Below, piece after piece: positions 53,322 to 62,788 of a stretch of 64,000 bases of DNA. How positions within the stretch are numbered: the first letter of the stretch is position 1; every line of letters starts with the position of its first letter. The stretch comes from Nanobdellota archaeon (lineage in GTDB: Archaea > Nanobdellota > Nanobdellia > Woesearchaeales > UBA10107): assembly GCA_042571125.1 (NCBI GenBank), contig JBHPFU010000001.1:85698-149697 (forward strand), in the 5' to 3' direction. The position numbers and the translations under genes are program-made. The notes under the pieces are model-generated. The model was given only the letters and a program-made list of their open reading frames with translations, had not been told where the DNA came from and did no database searches.

Positions 53322-54158
53322 GTCTTTCTTATATCTAAAACCTTTTTTCCTTGCTAATTTTTCAATTGCCTTTCCAAATCTTGAGCCGTATTGAGCTCCT
53401 AATTTCTTTCTCCAAGCAATTTCCTTTTTTAATCCAAGTTTTTGTGCAATCTCTCTTAGAACTATCTTGTTTTTAGAGCCTTTTAGTTTTCTGCTTGCTG
53501 GAAATTTCATCCCTTCTTTTATCACATCTTTATCTAGGAATGGTGTTTCAATTTTAATATTTAATTTCTTGGCGATTATCAGATCTCTCATTAAATCTCT
53601 GTGATACATCGCCCTTAAACCGCGCCAGCATTCCTTATCAACATCTTTTGCTTCTTTATGTCTTAAGTAACCCGCGAATACTTCTTCAGCTCCTAAACCT
53701 GAGAAAAATACTTTTTCTTTAGCAATCTGAGAGGCAGCAACCAAAACAGATCCAACACCAAGCTTAACAATGAAATCAATATCAATCTCTTTTGGTTTTC
53801 CTAGAATTTTAACCACTTTTTTAAATATTTTTTCTGTTTCTTTTAGATTAAAAGTCTTTTCTTTAAATTTAATATCAAGATCTTTAGCAACTTTTCTAGC
53901 ATAGATTAAATCAACCGGTTCTCCAGTACCTTTATCCTTAAAACCAACAGAATAGCAAGTAAAATTATTAGAATACTTCTTAGCTAATAAAGCAATTAAA
54001 GAAGAATCAATACCGCCAGAGAAAAACACCGCAAACTTTCCTTTTGGTACTCTTTTTTCAACAGCTTTGATAATCGCTTCTTCTAATTTTTTCTTATTTG
54101 GTTTATCTTTTGTTTTACAGCTATTAACAAACTTAATCCAGTCTTTTTCTTTAATCAT
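53304..54158 (-). CDS. PP-loop ATP pyrophosphatase, asparagine synthase C-terminal-domain-like
   Basis: PP-loop FFSGGIDSSLIALLA. No glutaminase domain. Confidence 0.6.
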   Translation of the reverse strand: MIKEKDWIKFVNSCKTKDKPNKKKLEEAIIKAVEKRVPKGKFAVFFSGGIDSSLIALLAKKYSNNFTCYSVGFKDKGTGEPVDLIYARKVAKDLDIKFKEKTFNLKETEKIFKKVVKILGKPKEIDIDFIVKLGVGSVLVAASQIAKEKVFFSGLGAEEVFAGYLRHKEAKDVDKECWRGLRAMYHRDLMRDLIIAKKLNIKIETPFLDKDVIKEGMKFPASRKLKGSKNKIVLREIAQKLGLKKEIAWRKKLGAQYGSRFGKAIEKLARKKGFRYKKDLLNTF

Positions 54159-54603
54159 TTGCTAAAATCCTTCTTGTTTTTGGAACAAAATTCATAATTC
54201 TGTTCTCTTTGAACTTTCCACAGCCCAAGTAATCTTTATTATTTTTAATTATCAAGAAACCTTTCATATCTGTTTTTACAGGAATATCATAACCTTTTAA
54301 CCATAATCTTGCTAATTTATCAGTTATTTCCAAAACATTCTTTTTAGCAAAAGGACCGATTAGCTGTGATCCTTCGACACTTAAACGCAATTCGTCATTT
54401 CTTAATTCTCCAAAATACATCCCCATAACATCGATATTTAATTTAGTTAGATCAATCTTTGAAACATCTCTGTTTATAAGATAAATCTTGTCTTTAGAAC
54501 TTTTCATAACAACTGGAAAATCAAATGAACAATCAAACTGATCTTTTAATAGTTTAGAAATCTCTTTTACTCCTCTTGTATTCAATATCTCTAGTTTTTG
54601 CAT
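54151..54603 (-). CDS. PUA-domain protein, archaeal Nip7-like
   Basis: 150 aa. The C-terminal GFLIIKNNKDYLGCGKFKENRIMNFVPKTRRI resembles a PUA motif. Weak call. Confidence 0.45.
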   Translation of the reverse strand: MQKLEILNTRGVKEISKLLKDQFDCSFDFPVVMKSSKDKIYLINRDVSKIDLTKLNIDVMGMYFGELRNDELRLSVEGSQLIGPFAKKNVLEITDKLARLWLKGYDIPVKTDMKGFLIIKNNKDYLGCGKFKENRIMNFVPKTRRILAND

Positions 54604-56349
54604 CTAAACGCCCCAAACAGGATTGTCTTTTCTCATAATTTCTGAAATCTCTTTGATCGCTACAACTTCTTTTGGTGTTAAGTATTGCTTTAACTTCTTC
54701 ATTTTCCTGAAATCATCTTCAGGAATTGCAGAATAAAGAATTTCATCCCCTTTTATCTGCCTACCAACTGTAACCTTATCCATAGAAACAGCAACTTGCT
54801 TTCCTTCTTCTGCTTCTGAAACAGTTTCTTGTTCAGCCTGCATAGATTTAACCTCTGTTAAAACTTTTCCATCGTCTTTCATTAAAGGAGTTCCTGATTT
54901 TAACTTACCATTTAAAACCTCAACACCAATAACCGCAGGTCCGCTCTGCCTGAATATATAATTCTTCATTAATTGTATTTTGCATGGTCTAATAAGCAGA
55001 TCGAGAGCCTTTCCTTCCTGTCTTTTCTTCTCGTCTTCCTGCCACTTCTCAAACTCTTCAATTAATTTATAGATAACATTATTGACAATAACTTTAGCTC
55101 TCCCAGCTCCTTCACTGGAAACATTAAATCCAAGAACAACCGCCTGCAGAGGATCTTTATTAGCTTCTGCGTCTGCCAGATCTTTTTTGCTAATCTCTCC
55201 TATAGATGCTCTGCTTACAGGAATTCCTTTATCTTTTAAGATCAACAATAAAGCTTCGAGACTTCCTAATGAATCTGCCTTAACAACGATTCCCTGGTCT
55301 GATGTTTCAATAACAACTTCATTAACTTCTTTTTGAACTTCTTGCTTTACAGATTCAACTTCAGAGGACGAACAACTCCTCAGAGGCATGCCTGAAATAA
55401 CCTCATTAACATCAGATGCAGATATTCTAACACCAATCGCAGCGTTTACTTCTTTTACTGAATTGAATTTAGCTCTTTTCTCGCGCATCTCTGCCATCTG
55501 TTCTGGTTCAAACAACGCTTTAACTTTTGTAACAATGGGTTTATCTAATCCTCCGATAACAATTGTATCGTTTACTTTCAAAGAACCATCATAGAGTATC
55601 GCATCAATAGTCATTCCTAATCCTTTTGTTTCTTTAACTTCTAGAACAGTTCCTTTGCCGTCTCCTTTTATTTCAATTTTTAATGAATCTTCTAAGTATT
55701 TTTGAGCTAGGCCCGCCAAAACCATAAGTAATTCAGGTAAACCCTCTCCAGTTTTTGCAGAACAAGGAACAATCGCAATTTGTTTTGTATAATCTGAGAC
55801 TCTATCAAATCTTTCAGCATCCATTCCCACAGTTTCATGAACTTTTGCAACTAATTCATACAGCTTTGTCTCTACTTCTGTTATTATTTTTGGATCTTGC
55901 TTTCCTATGTTCCCCAAAACACGTTCTCCAGAACGATAACCGCCAATCAAATCGATTTTATTTGCTGCAATAATAAATGGAGTCTTATAATCCCTTAATA
56001 TTTCAATAGCTTCGAATGTCTGAGGTTTAAATCCTTCGTTGATATCAACAACAAGAATAGCAATATCTGCTAGATTACCTCCTCTTTTTCTTAATGAAGT
56101 AAATGCAGCGTGACCTGGCGTGTCTATAAACAATAAACCAGGAATAGTGAAATCTAATTTCAATGCGTCAAGCATAGCACCACACTTTTCTTTTAAAACC
56201 TGTAAAGGAACAATTGATGCACCAATTGCCTGAGTAATTGCTCCAGCCTCACCAGAAACAACAGATGTGCCTCTAACCCAGTCTAATACAGATGATTTGC
56301 CATGGTCAACATGGCCTACTACAGTACATATTGGTGATCTGGTTGCCAT
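54604..56349 (-). CDS. infB: Translation initiation factor aIF5B (IF-2)
   Basis: G1 GHVDHGKSS, G3 DTPGHAAF, G4 NKID. Four-domain length. Confidence 0.9.
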   Translation of the reverse strand: MATRSPICTVVGHVDHGKSSVLDWVRGTSVVSGEAGAITQAIGASIVPLQVLKEKCGAMLDALKLDFTIPGLLFIDTPGHAAFTSLRKRGGNLADIAILVVDINEGFKPQTFEAIEILRDYKTPFIIAANKIDLIGGYRSGERVLGNIGKQDPKIITEVETKLYELVAKVHETVGMDAERFDRVSDYTKQIAIVPCSAKTGEGLPELLMVLAGLAQKYLEDSLKIEIKGDGKGTVLEVKETKGLGMTIDAILYDGSLKVNDTIVIGGLDKPIVTKVKALFEPEQMAEMREKRAKFNSVKEVNAAIGVRISASDVNEVISGMPLRSCSSSEVESVKQEVQKEVNEVVIETSDQGIVVKADSLGSLEALLLILKDKGIPVSRASIGEISKKDLADAEANKDPLQAVVLGFNVSSEGAGRAKVIVNNVIYKLIEEFEKWQEDEKKRQEGKALDLLIRPCKIQLMKNYIFRQSGPAVIGVEVLNGKLKSGTPLMKDDGKVLTEVKSMQAEQETVSEAEEGKQVAVSMDKVTVGRQIKGDEILYSAIPEDDFRKMKKLKQYLTPKEVVAIKEISEIMRKDNPVWGV

Positions 56350-56385
56350 AAGAAATACAGAGAATAAGTCAATTTTTAAATGTTT

Positions 56386-56985
56386 TTAATTCAATTGCTG
56401 AGAGATATTCTCAATAAGCTGCTCTTTAATGGTCCTTTTGCCAGGTACTGTTAAAGAAACAAAAGCAGAACGTCCTTTTTTCATCTTAGCCATAAGGTTC
56501 AATTTCTCCAACTTACCAATATGTTTGTATACAACATTGCTCTTCTTAGAATAATCATCATAAGGATACATCTCTTGTACAAGGTTCTTGAATGGGATTT
56601 CCTCTCCTAACTCGCGGCTCATCCTATACGTCATCATCAATGTTTTCTTTTCAGTATCTGTTAGATCATATTCAATCTTTGCAAACTTCTTCTCTTCTTT
56701 CTTCTCAATTTCTATTGTTGTCTTTAGCTTGTCAAATTGCTTAAAGAACTCTTTTCCTTTTTTTGTTAAACAGATAATCTTATCATTTTCAGCCTCATCC
56801 AAGTGTATTAACTTATCCTTAGCTAAAATAAGCGCAAAATACGCCGCTTTTCCATTTAACCCAAATAATTGGTCTACTACAGACAAAGACATAGTATAAC
56901 TCTTCTTTTCAGCTGTTTCTTGGTCATATAAGGCCTTAATAATCCAAACACAAGGTTTATTGACTAATATTTCGTACAATGCCAT
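56386..56985 (-). CDS. Tandem winged-helix protein, divergent from orc1/cdc6
   Basis: Two wHTH-like halves: ..AAYFALILAKDKLIHLDEAENDKIICLTKKGKEF and ..VYKHIGKLEKLNLMAKMKKGRSAFVSLTVPGKRT. Confidence 0.45.
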   Translation of the reverse strand: MALYEILVNKPCVWIIKALYDQETAEKKSYTMSLSVVDQLFGLNGKAAYFALILAKDKLIHLDEAENDKIICLTKKGKEFFKQFDKLKTTIEIEKKEEKKFAKIEYDLTDTEKKTLMMTYRMSRELGEEIPFKNLVQEMYPYDDYSKKSNVVYKHIGKLEKLNLMAKMKKGRSAFVSLTVPGKRTIKEQLIENISQQLN

Positions 56986-57028
56986 CTTAAATTAGCTTTA
57001 TTTCCAAATTTAAATAGTTTTTGCTCTT

Positions 57029-57103
57029 AAACGGAAAAAAGGAGGGTAATTAGCATAAACGGAAACAACGGAAATAACGGAAGCTTTATATACTAGTGGA
57101 ACC
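57029..57103. repeat. AACGGAA(A/G) repeat cluster (candidate Orc-binding / origin elements)
   Basis: AACGGAAA at 57030-57037. Three tandem 9-mers, AACGGAAAC, AACGGAAAT and AACGGAAGC, at 57058-57084. AGTGGAAC at 57095-57102. The cluster ends about 60 nt upstream of the orc1/cdc6 ATG. Confidence 0.4.
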
Positions 57104-57164
57104 TATCCTTACTACATGAGGTTTTGAACCTTAGAGAGAATCGTTGGGGGTGGCTTTATTCAAA

Positions 57165-58343
57165 ATGCCTGAAGAAATAACATTTGAAAACGTGCTGAAA
57201 AATCCGATATACAAGAACCGAGATGTATTGTACGCATTACATCCGCCTGAAGGATTATTGCACAGAACAGAACAGAAAAACGAGCTAATCATGGAGCTTG
57301 CTCCAATATTGATGAATAGTGCGGTATCAGGAGTGTTTGTTTATGGAAACCCTGGAACCGGGAAAACATCATTGGTATTAGAACTGTTAGATAAGCTTGA
57401 AAAAGAGGCAAAAAAGAACAAAGTTGAGCTCACCAGAGCTTATGTAAACTGTTCTGAGAACAGAACAGAAACCACAATATTAATAGAACTATTAAATCAG
57501 ATAAATCCAAAAAAAGAATACCCAAAGATTGGATGGACAAGAACAAAAGCAATATCAGAATTCAACAAACTGCTTAATGAAAAAGAAATTAATGTATTAG
57601 TTATACTGGACGAAGTAGATTACGTGCTTAAAGAAGCAGGAGACGATATCCTGTACAGATTAAGCAGAATCAATGATGGTATTAAGTCAAGAGTTAACAC
57701 AATTATAATATCGAACGATGTAAGAGTTGCTGATTACATTAAACCGCGAACACAATCAACATTCGGTCGCGTAAAAGTAATCTTTGCACCTTACAACGCA
57801 GAAGAGTTAGAAGACATAATGGCTAGTAGAGTGAAGTATGCTTTCAAAGCAAACTCAATCGGAGAACCGGTCATTAAAAAGATAAGTGAACTGGAATCAG
57901 ATCGGGGGGGAGATGCAAGAAAAGCGCTTGAACTTTTAGATTCGTGCGCAAAAATCGCAATCTCAAAAGGAAGAAAGAAAGTTTCGCTTGATCTTGTCGA
58001 TGAAGCACACGAAAACCTGGAAACTAACCACGTAATTAACGCAGTAGCTTCATTAACAAAACATCAAAAAATCTTGTTTTTGACAATGCTCAAAAACCAG
58101 AAAAAAATGATGATTGGAGGGGATGTGTACAAAGAATACATCCTGACGTGCGAGAAATACAATGTCAAACCTTTGACAGAGAGAATGATTAGATCATTCA
58201 TCGTCAACCTGGGAGAACTAGGATTGATAGATTCAGAGATTGGCTGGCTAGGGACATTAAAGAAAAAAGTTAGAAAAATCACATTCAACCTGGATAAGGC
58301 GTTGAAAAAGAAATCCGAGAAATTGCTTAGGGACACGATATAA
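57165..58343 (+). CDS. cdc6: Orc1/Cdc6 replication initiator
   Basis: Walker A GNPGTGKTS, Walker B VILDEVDY, sensor regions, and a C-terminal winged helix. Likely start is MPEEITF at 57165. Confidence 0.9.
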   Translation: MPEEITFENVLKNPIYKNRDVLYALHPPEGLLHRTEQKNELIMELAPILMNSAVSGVFVYGNPGTGKTSLVLELLDKLEKEAKKNKVELTRAYVNCSENRTETTILIELLNQINPKKEYPKIGWTRTKAISEFNKLLNEKEINVLVILDEVDYVLKEAGDDILYRLSRINDGIKSRVNTIIISNDVRVADYIKPRTQSTFGRVKVIFAPYNAEELEDIMASRVKYAFKANSIGEPVIKKISELESDRGGDARKALELLDSCAKIAISKGRKKVSLDLVDEAHENLETNHVINAVASLTKHQKILFLTMLKNQKKMMIGGDVYKEYILTCEKYNVKPLTERMIRSFIVNLGELGLIDSEIGWLGTLKKKVRKITFNLDKALKKKSEKLLRDTI

Positions 58344-58627
58344 GTACGGTTTCGCAAGAGACCGAGTAAAATACAATTTCGCAACACGAAATTTATTTCA
58401 AGTTTCGTGAAGAGAAACTATGAAAAGAGGTGGATAGATCTAGTTAATTCTATCCGTCTAAAAACCAAATAAACGGGGGTACACTAAACAATAAACATAG
58501 CGAAAGCTATAAAAAAATTGAAGTGGCATAAAAATGAATTCAATAATAATCGGAACAATGTTGCTTAGTTTCGTTGCAAAATGCATCGAGATTAGACTGC
58601 ACAATGTTATTAGTGGGGAGGAAGAAG

Positions 58628-59143
58628 ATGAACCCCATTAACAAAAGCCTAACAGTTCTACTTTACCGTGAAGATACACAAGAAATGTGCGAGATGAATT
58701 TATCTGTAGGCCGAGAAGATGCTTCAGAATACTTAAGAGAAAATCTTATCAGAGCAACTGCGCTTGGAATTGATAGCATTACGTATTCAATTGTTGAAAA
58801 TAATGCATATAATAGAGCGGTTCAACAAAGAACAGGAGATGTTGAAAAGATCCGTGCAATCTGCGAAGAAAAAGGAATCAAACAACATGAAAGTCCGATG
58901 CTTGCAGTCTATGGTTCATGGGACAAACCAATAAACCAACCTGTAACAGAAGGAGGAATTCAAGACGGAGATTTAGCTGCTTGTGTTGAAAAGGCAAGTA
59001 AAGAAGGAAAAAAAGAAGGAAACTTCATGTTAATGCACATAGATGATAAACAAGTCACTCTTGGAAACAAAAGTTTTGCTTACACAAGAGACATATATCC
59101 AAAAAGAGAGGTGAAATCAAACTCCTATTCCCCACAAATGTGA
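58628..59143 (+). CDS. Hypothetical protein
   Basis: The ATG at 58628 is preceded by GGGGAGGAAGAAG. No motif recognised. Confidence 0.45.
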   Translation: MNPINKSLTVLLYREDTQEMCEMNLSVGREDASEYLRENLIRATALGIDSITYSIVENNAYNRAVQQRTGDVEKIRAICEEKGIKQHESPMLAVYGSWDKPINQPVTEGGIQDGDLAACVEKASKEGKKEGNFMLMHIDDKQVTLGNKSFAYTRDIYPKREVKSNSYSPQM

Positions 59144-59182
59144 AAAATTCTGCCATCTTTTGCCTTTGTTTGTTGGGGGTGG

Positions 59183-59212
59183 ACCGTCCGCTTGCGGGCG
59201 GTTTATTTTTTT
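59183..59212 (+). terminator. GC-rich hairpin followed by a T-tract
   Basis: ACCGTCCG-CTTG-CGGGCGGT is an 8-bp stem including one G:U pair. TTATTTTTTT follows. It lies 40 nt after the stop at 59143. Confidence 0.5.
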
Positions 59213-59334
59213 CCAAAATGAAAATAAACTACATAAAACGGATGAATCGGAAACTGATCTGGAAACAGATAGAATATAGAGATAACAGAGTATTTATGAG
59301 ATTAGCTCAAAGAGCGATAATAACCGTAGAAAAA

Positions 59335-59613
59335 TTACCCAATTGCTCTTCTGACATCAATAACTTCTAAAGAACTAACTCCTTCCAATTCTTTAATCTG
59401 TTCTTCAAGATCGTCTGTTGAACCTTTATCTTCATCAGCAACAAAGATTATTTTTATGGCTTTCAAACCAAATGCCATAGGCTCAACTTCTATTTTCATG
59501 TCGCCTTCACCAACAAAATCAATGATCTTTTGTTTAGATTCTTCCTGTATCTTGTCTAGGTCGGATTCAGGTGATTCTGGCATTATCTTGAATGTTACAA
59601 TTACTTTTGCCAT
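59335..59613 (-). CDS. ef1b: Elongation factor 1-beta (aEF-1beta)
   Basis: MAKVIVTFKIMPESPE...PMAFGLKAIKIIFVADEDKGSTDDLEEQI...VIDVRRA is typical aEF-1beta sequence of about 90 aa. Confidence 0.85.
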   Translation of the reverse strand: MAKVIVTFKIMPESPESDLDKIQEESKQKIIDFVGEGDMKIEVEPMAFGLKAIKIIFVADEDKGSTDDLEEQIKELEGVSSLEVIDVRRAIG

Positions 59614-59615
59614 GC

Positions 59616-59834
59616 TTAATTAGGCCCCTCAAATCCACATTCCGGGCATTTATACTTTGCAGCAATCTTTCTGCAATGGATACAGCGCACAATTTCATAT
59701 TTATTGCAGCCAGGGCATTTAAACGTGGCTCCACCAGCATTAGCTGTACTCTGCTTACATGATGAGCATACAATTTCTTTTTTTACCATAACCCACCAAG
59801 CACCGAGCTTCTTTTTAAACTTTTCTGTATTCAT
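59616..59834 (-). CDS. Zn-ribbon protein (COG2888-type, usually upstream of aEF-1beta)
   Basis: CSSC...CPGC...CIHC...CPEC gives four CxxC pairs. Conserved adjacency to ef1b. Confidence 0.6.
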   Translation of the reverse strand: MNTEKFKKKLGAWWVMVKKEIVCSSCKQSTANAGGATFKCPGCNKYEIVRCIHCRKIAAKYKCPECGFEGPN

Positions 59835-59908
59835 TCTGGAATAGTCATAAAAATATATAAAGAAAATCCCTAATTTGTACTCATACAGGTGTGAAAAAAG
59901 GGGTGTGT

Positions 59909-61687
59909 ATGAGTAAAGTGTCTAAAACGTCCACAGAAATGGATAAAATACTAGGTACACCGCCTGGTTTAGCTTCTAAAAGTAAAGTAACTTTAGCTAA
60001 AGGAGAGGATGAATTTCTTAATCAAAGACTTAAATTACAGCAAAAAGAAAAAGAACTAAAATTAAAAGAATTAGAGCTCAAAGAGATTGACAAGGTATTG
60101 AGGAAAGGAAATGTTTCACTGAAAAAAGAGAGACTAAAACTTATAAGCGAAATTGAAAAGCTGAAAAAAGAGACGAAATCTCTCTGGCTACAGATTGAAT
60201 CTCAAAAAGCCGAACTAAAAGAATACAAGAAAAGATCAAGTGAAATTAAAAGATCAGAAAAAGGTTTTTCTAATCAAAAAGAAAGTTTAATTAAGAAAGA
60301 AGAAACGCTAGCAAAAAGAGAAAAACTGCTTGCAGGCGAACAAAAACAGCTGAAAAAACTTGAAGCAGAAATTTCATCAAAAGAAAACACAGTAAATCGA
60401 TTAACAGGAATGGTTTCAAGAGAAAAAGACCAATTTGAAACAGAAAAAGAAGCTCACCAAAAAGAAATCACAAGCCTAACCCAAAATCGGAATGTGCTTG
60501 AAAAAGAAGTTGGACAATTAAAACTGAGAATAAAAGATGAAACAAAAAGACTTGGAAATATGGAAAGAGATGTTGAAAGTACATTCAAATTAAGCTCAAG
60601 AAGACAAAATACAATAGAAAAACTTCAAACACAAACAAATAAACAGCAGTTAGAAGTAAAAAGAAAAGAGGCTCAGCTTAAAGAAAAAGAAAATATCTTA
60701 AAAGAAAGAGAGAGTGAATTAAAAAGAAAAGAATTTGCAGAACAAGCTGTAAGAAAGAAAATAATTAATCTAACAACAGACGAAAGAATTCTGGAACAAC
60801 AAGTTTTAGAAAAGAAAAATGAACTCCAAAAGGTTAACATGGAGTTTGATGAAAAATTATCCAAATTAAGAGCAGATGAGAATCTTTTAGATGAAAAAGA
60901 AGAAGAATTAGTCGCAAGAATAAAAGAACTGGAAGAAGACGAATCTCTGCTTAATGAAAGAGAAGACGAAATAATTGATAAAATAAAAGAGTTTGAAAAG
61001 GATAAGACGCTCCTAGAAAAGCAGGAAAATCAGATATCTAATGAAGTTATAAAACTTGAGAGCCTAAAAGGCAAAGAAAAAGACCTCAATTCCAGAGAAA
61101 AAGAGATAATAAAGAATGAGAATGTTCTTGAACAAGAACTTACAAAACTCGAGATACAAAAGAAAAAAGTAATGGATGTTAATGAATTAAGAGATACAAT
61201 CAAACAATTAACAAAAACAAAGAATGAAATGCAGAAAAAGATTTCAGACCTAATGCCAAAGCTTGTAGAAGCAGCTGAAAAAGAACGTATGCTTAAGAAT
61301 AAAGAGAAATTACTAGTCGAAAGAGAGAAAATGCTTGATAATAAAGAAGGAATGGTTAAATCAATGGTTCGTGAAGCAGAAAGCACAAAAGAAAAAGCAA
61401 AATCAGAAGAATTCCATGATTACTTAGAAAAAGAGCTTGAAGGATTCAAGGAATCAAGAGTTGCCGCAGAGGCATTGAAAGAGGAAGAACCAAGAAACTA
61501 TGAACTTCTTGTTATGATCCAAAATGCAAGAGACGCATTAAATCAAAAGAAAATAGATCAAGCAAAGAAATTATATTCGCAGATAGGTGGGCTTTATTCT
61601 CAACTTCCTATGACTGATGAGAAAAAAAGGATATATTATGAGATTTTAGAATTAAAGACAGATATAGAGCTTCATATGATTAGTTAA
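59909..61687 (+). CDS. Long coiled-coil protein (about 590 aa), K/E-rich
   Basis: Heptad-like K/E/L-rich sequence throughout. Short globular C-terminus ..LYSQIGGLYSQLPMTDEKKRIYYEILELK. Probable ATG at 59909. Confidence 0.55.
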   Translation: MSKVSKTSTEMDKILGTPPGLASKSKVTLAKGEDEFLNQRLKLQQKEKELKLKELELKEIDKVLRKGNVSLKKERLKLISEIEKLKKETKSLWLQIESQKAELKEYKKRSSEIKRSEKGFSNQKESLIKKEETLAKREKLLAGEQKQLKKLEAEISSKENTVNRLTGMVSREKDQFETEKEAHQKEITSLTQNRNVLEKEVGQLKLRIKDETKRLGNMERDVESTFKLSSRRQNTIEKLQTQTNKQQLEVKRKEAQLKEKENILKERESELKRKEFAEQAVRKKIINLTTDERILEQQVLEKKNELQKVNMEFDEKLSKLRADENLLDEKEEELVARIKELEEDESLLNEREDEIIDKIKEFEKDKTLLEKQENQISNEVIKLESLKGKEKDLNSREKEIIKNENVLEQELTKLEIQKKKVMDVNELRDTIKQLTKTKNEMQKKISDLMPKLVEAAEKERMLKNKEKLLVEREKMLDNKEGMVKSMVREAESTKEKAKSEEFHDYLEKELEGFKESRVAAEALKEEEPRNYELLVMIQNARDALNQKKIDQAKKLYSQIGGLYSQLPMTDEKKRIYYEILELKTDIELHMIS

Positions 61688-62736
61688 ATCGAAATTATTT
61701 TGTTTTCTTCATCGATTTTAAATTTAACATCCAGAAACTGCTCTACAACGTAGATATTTGTTCTTGTATGCTCAGAGATTTTTCCTACTTTCATCTTTTC
61801 TCCGTTTAAAACTAAGAATGGAATTAATTGATCCGCAAGGTGACCATCAACTGGAGCACCTCCTTTCATTTCTTCTAATAATCTTTCTCCTGCTTCCTGT
61901 CCAACAACTTCTGCTCGTTTTCCTTTTTCTCCCAATGAATCAGCGCCAATGCGAATAGGATTAATAGAATCTATTTCATTTTCATCTTTCGAATATACGG
62001 CCCATAATGTAATCCCTGAACCGGTTGATAATGAATCTGAGTATTCTGTTTCAATTCTTACCGGACAACCTAAGCCAGACAGGATGTGTCTTGCTGCACT
62101 CGCCTGTCTTTCAGCTACTTCTGCATTTTCTAGGTCTTTTGATGCATGAGAAACTCCCTTTACTTGGATTAGCTTTCCTTGTTCGGTTAAATTTATCTTT
62201 GGCATTTCTTTATCAAAAAAACTATGTTTTGGTTTTATTGTTATCTCAACTTCGCCAGCCCCTTTTGGGAAATAACCTCGCTTTAACAATTTACACTCAA
62301 TATCTGCATATTTTGCTAAGTGCGGAAGAAAAACCTCTTTGAAATAATCAAATGGCATAGACCAGTTTACATCTGTTCCGCCTTTTATAATATACTTTAC
62401 TTTTTTTTCTGAAAATATTGCGGGTAATAACAATGCCTGCATCATTAATGTTATAGAACCTGCCGTACCCACATCGATCGATAGTGTTTGAGATTTAAAT
62501 TTTCCAGGATCGTATCTTATATTGTGAGAACCAAGCTCAGCACCTTCTGTGTAAGAACTACAAAGTTCTTTTAGCGCTTTAATACAATGGAGATGCTGAT
62601 TTTTTATCCCTGTATCGCATTTCCCTCCGCGTATATTGTCCATCTCAAATGATTTTTGAGTTAATGTACTTAGAGCTAATGCTGTTCTAAGTATCTGGCC
62701 TCCGCCTTCCCCGTATGAACCATCTAATTTTATCAT
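61684..62736 (-). CDS. rtcA: RNA 3'-terminal phosphate cyclase
   Basis: LDGSYGEGGGQILRTALALS N-terminus. The region HLADQLIPFL contains the catalytic His. Confidence 0.85.
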   Translation of the reverse strand: MIKLDGSYGEGGGQILRTALALSTLTQKSFEMDNIRGGKCDTGIKNQHLHCIKALKELCSSYTEGAELGSHNIRYDPGKFKSQTLSIDVGTAGSITLMMQALLLPAIFSEKKVKYIIKGGTDVNWSMPFDYFKEVFLPHLAKYADIECKLLKRGYFPKGAGEVEITIKPKHSFFDKEMPKINLTEQGKLIQVKGVSHASKDLENAEVAERQASAARHILSGLGCPVRIETEYSDSLSTGSGITLWAVYSKDENEIDSINPIRIGADSLGEKGKRAEVVGQEAGERLLEEMKGGAPVDGHLADQLIPFLVLNGEKMKVGKISEHTRTNIYVVEQFLDVKFKIDEENKIISI

Positions 62737-62788
62737 AATATAAAGGATTGAGCAAAGTTTTATATATTTATCTGCATTATATTAATAT

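Noticed and set aside
59140-59370. 76-aa plus-strand ORF after the 58628-59143 gene
   Set aside because: It runs through the terminator hairpin and T-tract and into the 3' end of ef1b on the other strand. It has no RBS or motif. I read the region as non-coding, containing the terminator and GGAAAC repeats.
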